57,125 nt of DNA from Kiritimatiellia bacterium. Lineage in GTDB: Bacteria; Verrucomicrobiota; Kiritimatiellia; RFP12; UBA1067. The notes under the pieces were generated by a model. That model did not search any database and was not told the origin of the DNA. It saw nothing but the letters and a program-made list of their open reading frames with translations. A program made the position numbers and the translations under genes. Below, piece after piece: positions 35,069 to 41,830 of the stretch (position 1 is its first letter; each line of letters starts with the position of its first letter). The stretch is from positions 1-57,125 of the forward strand of contig DAOTKE010000002.1 in the NCBI GenBank assembly GCA_035449085.1, in the 5' to 3' direction.

Positions 35069-37786
35069 CTAATTCCTAATTCCTAACTGCTTCCCGCCCC
35101 GCCACACCAGTCCCTCGATCCCGGTTTTCCTGTTAGGGCACACCACACTCACCACCAGCGCGACCACCAGGCAGGTGACGATGCCAATCGCCCCATACAG
35201 GAGCAGATGCGGTTTCCAAGACAGCGAGACGGCGTCCAGCCCGATGCACACCACGTAATTCGCGACCAATCCACACAGTGCCGCCATCGCACCCACACGT
35301 GGTGCAAAAATCCCCAACATGAAGAGGCAGGCCAGACCGCTGGTCAGAATACCGATGAATTTCAGAAACTGGTCATAGACCGCGCGGATGTCGATATTGG
35401 CCAAGATCAGTGCGCCCGCCATGCCGGCCAGACCGACCGCCACGGTGCAGCCTTGCGCAATGCGCACCTGCGCGCGGTCGCCGGTCGCGCCGCGCCGCAG
35501 CCTGACGAACCAATCGCCGGTGATCGCCGTCGCCGATGAATTCAGATTGGCCGCCAGCGTGGTGATCGTCGCGGCGAAAAGGCCGGCCAGCACAAGGCCG
35601 GCCGCTCCGACCGGCAGCTCGTGGGTCATGAACATCGGCAGGATGGAATCCGCTTTGGGCATGGTCACCGCGAGGCGTTCAGGATGGGACCGGTAATAGG
35701 TGAACAAGGCGGTGCCGATGCTGAAGAAAATCGCGCCGGTGCCGATGCCCAGCGGCACATTGAGCCAGAGGCTGCGGCCGGCCGCGCGCACGTCGCGGGT
35801 GGTCATGTAGCGCTGGATCACGCACTGATCGCTGGTGTAGGAGATCAGGCACTCCGCCAGCCCCCCGATCAGCACGACCCAGATCACCGGGCGAGAGAAA
35901 TCGAACGCGGCGTCGATCATGCGGAGCTTGCCGGCTCCGCCGGCCGCCGCGGCCACGCCCGCGACACCGCCGTCGCTGCCGGCCGCCAGCAGCACAAGGA
36001 TCAACAGTGCGCCGCCCAGCAGCACCGCCCCCTGTACCACGTCGCTCCAGATCACGGCTTCGATGCCGCCGAACGCGCAGTACACGATCGTCAGCAGACA
36101 GACCGCCACGATGCACGCATTGACATCGGCACCGGTCGCGGCAGAGACCGCCAGCGCGGGCAAATAGGCCACGACCGCCACGCGCGCCACCATGAACAGA
36201 TTGAAGGCCAGGCTCGCGAACAGGCGGCACGCGAGATTGAAGCGCAGTTCGAGATACTCGTAGGCGCAGGTGAGATTCAATTTGCGGAAGAACGGTAGAT
36301 AGCAGCCGATCACCAGCGGCGGGATCAAGGCGATGCAGGCGCATTTGGGGGCGTAGCGCCAGTCCGACATGTAGGCCAGCGCCGGCACCGCCAGAAACGT
36401 GATCGAACTGAACATCGCCGCGAAGATGCTGATGCCCGCCGCCCACCACGGAATGCGCCCCCCGCCCTTGAAGTAATCGTCGGCGCTCTTTTTCTTGCGC
36501 ATGAACCACCCGCCCATCACGGCCAACCCACAGAAATATCCGCCCATGACCGCCCAGTTGACAGGGTGGAACCTACGGCGCGCGACAAACCGTCCGACTG
36601 CGCACAGCGGCGTGCGGACGCCGGGCTGCACCTCGCCCGACGCCAGCAGGATGTCCCCGTTCGCGCGTCTGATCGCCGCGCCCGCCACAGTCGGCGGAAA
36701 CGGCACCTCGCCCAGTTCAAACCAGCGGTCGGTGACCGTGTGGTAAACGAGCGCGTTACGGTTCCAGGTTGTCGGCAGGGTGGATTGATAGGCGATGCGC
36801 TGCGCCTCGCGCGCCGCGCCCGTGAGCGTCGCCATCTTGCGCTGGTTATCGTCGAAATAGGCCGCGTCCAGCCCGCCGAAGAACAGCACATGCTGATCGC
36901 CGACTGTCACACACGTTGCGCCGATCAGCGGCCATGCCGCCGCCGGGGACGCGGACGATCCGTCCGCAACAGGCACCGCCGCCGCAATCGGTCGCCAGAC
37001 ACCGGCGTGATCCGGCTGCGCCAGGTCATACACATACCCATCCGTCAGTGCCACCCATCCGCCATCCGCATGCTTGGCATATCCGCCGACCACGTACAGG
37101 CACGTCCGTTTCTGGTCGCCGTTCTGAACGAAGGCCTGCGCCTGCATGCGCCCCTTGACGCCCGGCAGCGGCGGCAACGCGCGCCAGCCTTTTTCCGGCG
37201 CATCAAGATCCAGCCGCCACACGTCGCTGGACAGCTTGTCAGTCCCTTCGCCGCCCGCCACAAACACCAAGGACTCCCGCGCCGCCGCCGCGCCCAGCCG
37301 TGTTGGGCAAGGGAAATCCGGCAGCGCACGTTCCACCGCTTGACCGCGCACGCCGTCCCAAGTCAACAAAAACGCACGTGCGGAGGTCTCGCCATCCGTC
37401 GCACCGCCGACACACGCGATCCCCTTGCCTGTCGTGGCCGACACGCCCTCCGCGACCGGTCGCGACAGCCGTCCGGCGGCCACCCAGTTCGTGCTGCCTG
37501 CGGACAACGCGACGATATCGGCGCAGTACCGTTTGGGGCCGCCCACCAGCAGCGGCGCTTCCGGAAAGTTTGAGCCGCCCGCCAGCAGAGCGACACCGTT
37601 ATGCTCCCCGTAAAACGGCGCACCCACACCGATCGCTGGACGGCCAGACGGCTGCTGCGGCAGGCCGAACCCTTCAGACCATTCCAGCGTGACCGGCGGG
37701 CTGCCGCGTGTCGCGCCCGGCGCGAACAACAATAAAACTCCCGTCGCCATCAACGCGCCTGACAGGCTGAAACCCTTTTTTGACAT
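35069..37786 (-). CDS. fusion protein: NanM/YjhT-like Kelch mutarotase domain + sodium:solute symporter (SSS)
   Basis: Signal peptide MSKKGFSLSGALMATGVLLLFAPGA. About 430 aa of beta-propeller (GGSNFPEAP..., repeated GG/W blades), then about 13 TM helices with the SSS pattern. Alternative ATG at 37819. Confidence 0.82.
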   Translation of the reverse strand: MSKKGFSLSGALMATGVLLLFAPGATRGSPPVTLEWSEGFGLPQQPSGRPAIGVGAPFYGEHNGVALLAGGSNFPEAPLLVGGPKRYCADIVALSAGSTNWVAAGRLSRPVAEGVSATTGKGIACVGGATDGETSARAFLLTWDGVRGQAVERALPDFPCPTRLGAAAARESLVFVAGGEGTDKLSSDVWRLDLDAPEKGWRALPPLPGVKGRMQAQAFVQNGDQKRTCLYVVGGYAKHADGGWVALTDGYVYDLAQPDHAGVWRPIAAAVPVADGSSASPAAAWPLIGATCVTVGDQHVLFFGGLDAAYFDDNQRKMATLTGAAREAQRIAYQSTLPTTWNRNALVYHTVTDRWFELGEVPFPPTVAGAAIRRANGDILLASGEVQPGVRTPLCAVGRFVARRRFHPVNWAVMGGYFCGLAVMGGWFMRKKKSADDYFKGGGRIPWWAAGISIFAAMFSSITFLAVPALAYMSDWRYAPKCACIALIPPLVIGCYLPFFRKLNLTCAYEYLELRFNLACRLFASLAFNLFMVARVAVVAYLPALAVSAATGADVNACIVAVCLLTIVYCAFGGIEAVIWSDVVQGAVLLGGALLILVLLAAGSDGGVAGVAAAAGGAGKLRMIDAAFDFSRPVIWVVLIGGLAECLISYTSDQCVIQRYMTTRDVRAAGRSLWLNVPLGIGTGAIFFSIGTALFTYYRSHPERLAVTMPKADSILPMFMTHELPVGAAGLVLAGLFAATITTLAANLNSSATAITGDWFVRLRRGATGDRAQVRIAQGCTVAVGLAGMAGALILANIDIRAVYDQFLKFIGILTSGLACLFMLGIFAPRVGAMAALCGLVANYVVCIGLDAVSLSWKPHLLLYGAIGIVTCLVVALVVSVVCPNRKTGIEGLVWRGGKQLGIRN

Positions 37787-37874
37787 AAGCCCCCTTGATA
37801 CGTTAAGCGTACCTAACATACCCGTTTCCCCGCTGTCTTACGTTCACAAAAAAGCAATTGTAATAACGTTGTAT

Positions 37875-38702
37875 TTAACGGGCCTTCTCGCAGCCGCCAT
37901 ACACGCGGACGCCACCGGGTTCCGGATGCTTCGCAAACGCGGCCATCAGCGTGCCGCAATACTGCGACAGCCCGACCACATCCGCGCCCACAGAAAGAAA
38001 GCGGTACCCCATGTCCACCCACGCATCGATTTGATCAGGCCCGGCCACCGTGCCCGCGAACTTGCCGTGCGCGAGCGCCGCCTCCGCCACGCGCCGCCGC
38101 GCCTCCAGGAGCCGCGGATGCGTCCATTCGCCTGGCGCACCGATCCCCTGGCTGAAATCGCCCGGCCCGAAAAAGAGCATGTCGATGCCGTCCAGCGCCG
38201 CAATCGCATCGAGATCGTCCAGCGGCTCCGGGTCTTCGATCTGGACAATGACCATTCGCTGTTCATTCGCCTGCAGCAGATAGTCGTTGAACGCCACCCC
38301 GCAATAGGCGCCGTCCGCATTCCCGCCGTCGACCGGTCGCCGTCCGACCGGATGAAAGCGGGTCATGCGCACCACGTTCTGCGCATCCGCCAAGCTCATG
38401 ACATGCGGCACCATGATGCCGGCCGCATCCAACTCAAGCGGCCGGATGTAATCGCTGTAGCCGCCGCGCGACACGCGCACGATCACATCGGTGTCATGCG
38501 CTTTGGCCGCCCAGATGCAGGCCTCGACCGCCGACAGGTCATTCGGCACATGTTCACGGTCCGTCCACAAACAGTCAAAGCCCGCCAGCGCGGCGATTTC
38601 CGCCGCGCGCGCATCGGCTAGGTTCAGTTTGAAACAACTCGCGATTCCGCCCGCACGCAGCTTCGCCAACGTCCGGCTGGGACGCATCCGACACAGACTC
38701 AT
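37875..38702 (-). CDS. HpcH/HpaI-family class II (pyruvate) aldolase
   Basis: FDCLWTDREH, IVQIEDPEPLDDLDAI and DMLFFGPGDFS, typical of 2-keto-3-deoxy-acid aldolases (GarL/YfaU/HpaI). Confidence 0.85.
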   Translation of the reverse strand: MSLCRMRPSRTLAKLRAGGIASCFKLNLADARAAEIAALAGFDCLWTDREHVPNDLSAVEACIWAAKAHDTDVIVRVSRGGYSDYIRPLELDAAGIMVPHVMSLADAQNVVRMTRFHPVGRRPVDGGNADGAYCGVAFNDYLLQANEQRMVIVQIEDPEPLDDLDAIAALDGIDMLFFGPGDFSQGIGAPGEWTHPRLLEARRRVAEAALAHGKFAGTVAGPDQIDAWVDMGYRFLSVGADVVGLSQYCGTLMAAFAKHPEPGGVRVYGGCEKAR

Positions 38703-38737
38703 ACCGTTTTCCTTTTTTTGAAACCAAATCCCGCTTT

Positions 38738-40387
38738 TTATTCCGCCGAGTGCTTACCGGTGCCCTCTGGCGTCTCCAGCGTCAACCATTCGATCCCTTG
38801 AGGCGTCGCGCGGAAGCGCTTGGCGCGGATGCTCGAACCGTGGCCCTCCTCGTAGTACACGATCAGGATCGAACCGTCCTTGAGCGTCACCATGCTGGGG
38901 TACGCGCCGCCGACCGAGTCGACCGGCACATTGGCGCTCCAGGATTTGCACTCGTCCAGACTGTAATGCAGGCTCGTGGCCGGCAGGCGGTGCGCCATCA
39001 GGATGATATCGCCCGGCGCACGGTGCAGATAATGGCAATGCCCGGGAAAACCGAAAAGCTCGGCCGTCGTCCAACTTTTCCCGCCGTCCTTGCTGACCGA
39101 CCAGCCGGAATGCTTTTGGCCGCGCAGCACCGCGAACAGCGCCCCGTCTTTCAGTTCAATCACATCGGTCTCCGCCTCATACCGTAGGCCGCCGGTCGGT
39201 ATATTGGCCGGCACCGACCACGATGCGCCGCCGTCGCCGCTGAACGTCACCGCGCCGCACGCCCCTGAAGCATCCTGCTTGTAGAGGCCCAGCGCGAGCC
39301 TCCCGTCAGACAGTTCACGAATCGGAGAGGAGCAGTAATACGCTTTCGCGATCTGACGCGGCTCCCGTTCCCAGGTCCTGCCGCCGTCCGCGCTGGTCAC
39401 GATGAAGGAACCCAAGCCGTCAAACCCCTTGGCCCCGTCCGGTTTAGGTTTCAACGTGAAAAAGACACAAGCGATCCGGCCGTCTTTCAAGAGTGTGACC
39501 GACGGATCACGGTCGTCGTACGGGCCGTCAAACAGAATAAACGGTTCAGACCAGGTCCTTCCCTCGTCCGCGGAATAGCAGCCGCTGATCCTGCCGCCTT
39601 TCGGCAAAGCGTCGTTGGGCATGGCCACATGGCCGTAGCCGGCGTAAAAAACCGCCAGCAGCCGTCCATCCGCAAGCCGGCACACATCCGGGAAAGCCTC
39701 GTAGGCGCCCGCGCCCGCATCGGCACAGACATGTATCCAGTTCTTCACCTCCACGATCTTCCGCCAAGGAGCCGCCAACTCGGCGGGTTCCCCCTGCACC
39801 GTGATGTCGCGCAGGTGCGCGACGGTCTGGCTCGCGTAGAACCCGACCCGCCCGGGCTTGCCGGCGCACGCCACGTCAAACAGCAGCGCGTCGTTGAAGA
39901 ACACACGCACGTGCGTTCCTCTGCGCTCGACGCGCGCGGTGTGCCAGGTGTCGGGAGCCTGCGGTTTGCCGGCCCGCTTGACCTCTTGCCAGGGGGTCTC
40001 GCCATCCCCGCGGCACAGGATCGCCGACCGGGAATCGAAATGGACGTACGTCGACGTCGCAGAATCGGTCGAACCCAGCACAAAACCGACCGCCATCACG
40101 CCCGCGCTTTTCTCCACGCGGTACGACGCCGACAGTGTGACATCGCCGAAAGCGGGCTCCTTCAGGAAAACGCGGCACGGCGTCTGCCTCCCGTCCAAAA
40201 CCAGCTCGCCTCCCGCCACACGCGCCCGGTTGTCTCCCGAATGCCATTGCTCAAAAGCTTTTGCGTCACGAAGATCGATCTCTACCCGCCGCTCCTCAGC
40301 CCCGCGCCCTACCCGCGCAGACAGACACAAACAAACCAAGCCCCCCGCCACCACAAAACCGCCCGCCATTCTCTTTTCCTTCGTCAT
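38738..40387 (-). CDS. DUF1080/LamG-like jelly-roll domain fused to BNR/Asp-box sialidase-like beta-propeller
   Basis: Asp-boxes SADEGRTWS, SADGGRTWE, SGDGGASWS and SKDGGKSWT. The N-terminal about 200 aa is DUF1080-like (WHTARVERRGTHVRVFFND). Start uncertain (40387, 40426 or 40459). Confidence 0.78.
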   Translation of the reverse strand: MTKEKRMAGGFVVAGGLVCLCLSARVGRGAEERRVEIDLRDAKAFEQWHSGDNRARVAGGELVLDGRQTPCRVFLKEPAFGDVTLSASYRVEKSAGVMAVGFVLGSTDSATSTYVHFDSRSAILCRGDGETPWQEVKRAGKPQAPDTWHTARVERRGTHVRVFFNDALLFDVACAGKPGRVGFYASQTVAHLRDITVQGEPAELAAPWRKIVEVKNWIHVCADAGAGAYEAFPDVCRLADGRLLAVFYAGYGHVAMPNDALPKGGRISGCYSADEGRTWSEPFILFDGPYDDRDPSVTLLKDGRIACVFFTLKPKPDGAKGFDGLGSFIVTSADGGRTWEREPRQIAKAYYCSSPIRELSDGRLALGLYKQDASGACGAVTFSGDGGASWSVPANIPTGGLRYEAETDVIELKDGALFAVLRGQKHSGWSVSKDGGKSWTTAELFGFPGHCHYLHRAPGDIILMAHRLPATSLHYSLDECKSWSANVPVDSVGGAYPSMVTLKDGSILIVYYEEGHGSSIRAKRFRATPQGIEWLTLETPEGTGKHSAE

Positions 40388-40476
40388 ACCTTTCTTTCCC
40401 CCTTCATGAATCTTCATGTCTTTCATGGTTAAAACCAACCGAGCACTGCCAATCTCCACTCGCTAATCGCCACTAG

Positions 40477-41790
40477 CTACTCTCCACGCTCCGCACCGCT
40501 CGGCTGCGTACCCGTGTCCGACACAATCGTAAGCCTGTTCGTCTCGCCGGCGAACACGGGATTGTAGTGGATCTCGCCGACCGTCACATCCCCCGTTAAC
40601 ATCAATTCGCCGGTCGCCAGCGACAGATCCGCGATCTCGCCGGGGCCCGGCAGGATCCCGTCCGCCCAATCGGCCGTGTTGGTCCATCGTCCCCCGTCCG
40701 CGTTCAAATACGCGCGGACCGCCGGCCAGCCGGGTGCCGGTGAAAGCCACTGAACGCCAGCGGGTGTCACCTGGAACCGCTTCGCGCGGATACTCGACCC
40801 TGTCCCCTCTTCGTAATACACGATCAGCGTCGAGCCGTCCTTCAGCGTCACCATGCTGGGATAGGCGCCGATGACCGTATCGACCACGATATTGGTGCTC
40901 CAGGTCTGCCCCTCGTCCAGACTGACGTGCAGACTCGTGTCCGGCAGGCGGTGCGCCATGAGGATGATATCGCCCGGTGTGCGGTGCAGATAGTGACAGT
41001 GGCCCGGAAAGCCGAACAGCGCGGCGGTCGACCAGGTCAGGCCCCGGTCCCGGCTGACCGACCAGCCCGAGTGGTTCTGGCCGCGCAGCGCAGCGAACAG
41101 CGCCCCGTCCTTCAGCTCGATCACATCGGTCTCAGCCTCATACCGCAAGCCGCCGTTCGGAATGATCACCGGCGCACTCCAGGTCATGCCGCCATTCTCA
41201 CTGATCGTCACCGCGCCCCACGCGTCTGTCGATGTCTGCTTGTAGAGCCCCAGAATCAGGCGACCGTCCGCCAGCTCGCGCACCGGCGACGAACAGTAGT
41301 AATCGGCTGAGATTTGTTGCGGCACGGTGTCCCACGTCACGCCTCTGTCGGCACTGGTCACCGCGAACGTGCCGAGCCCCGTATAGGAGGTTTCGCCGGT
41401 CGGCTTCAAGATAAAGAAGGTGCAGATCAGACGGCCGTCCCGAAGCTGGGTGACGGACGGATCGCGGTCATCGTACGGCCCGTCGAACAACGTCCGCGCG
41501 GCCGTCCAGGTCTGGCCTTCGTCCGCCGAGGTGCAGAGCGCGATGCGCCCGCCGTTCGGCAGGGATTCGTTCGGCAGCGAGACGTGCCCGTAACCGGCGT
41601 AGAAGACCGCCATCAGACGCCCGTCGGCCAGCCGGCACACATCGGGAAAAGCCTCGTATCCACCCGCGCCCGCATCGGTGCAGACGTGCAGCCAGTCCTG
41701 CTGCGCCGCCGCGACCAAGGCTCCCAGAGCCCACACGCTCAGCACGGCTACGCACCTCATTTTCACATGATTCCTTTTCGCGATCTTCAT
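40477..41790 (-). CDS. BNR/Asp-box sialidase-like beta-propeller with C-terminal exoprotein 'head' module
   Basis: Close paralog of the propeller in 38738..40387 (SADEGQTWT, SADRGVTWD, SENGGMTWS, SRDRGLTWS). The last about 85 aa resemble the N-terminal head of the giant exoproteins. Confidence 0.8.
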   Translation of the reverse strand: MKIAKRNHVKMRCVAVLSVWALGALVAAAQQDWLHVCTDAGAGGYEAFPDVCRLADGRLMAVFYAGYGHVSLPNESLPNGGRIALCTSADEGQTWTAARTLFDGPYDDRDPSVTQLRDGRLICTFFILKPTGETSYTGLGTFAVTSADRGVTWDTVPQQISADYYCSSPVRELADGRLILGLYKQTSTDAWGAVTISENGGMTWSAPVIIPNGGLRYEAETDVIELKDGALFAALRGQNHSGWSVSRDRGLTWSTAALFGFPGHCHYLHRTPGDIILMAHRLPDTSLHVSLDEGQTWSTNIVVDTVIGAYPSMVTLKDGSTLIVYYEEGTGSSIRAKRFQVTPAGVQWLSPAPGWPAVRAYLNADGGRWTNTADWADGILPGPGEIADLSLATGELMLTGDVTVGEIHYNPVFAGETNRLTIVSDTGTQPSGAERGE

Positions 41791-41830
41791 CCGTCACTCT
41801 CACACTGCCTGCGGGACCGGGCTTCACACA

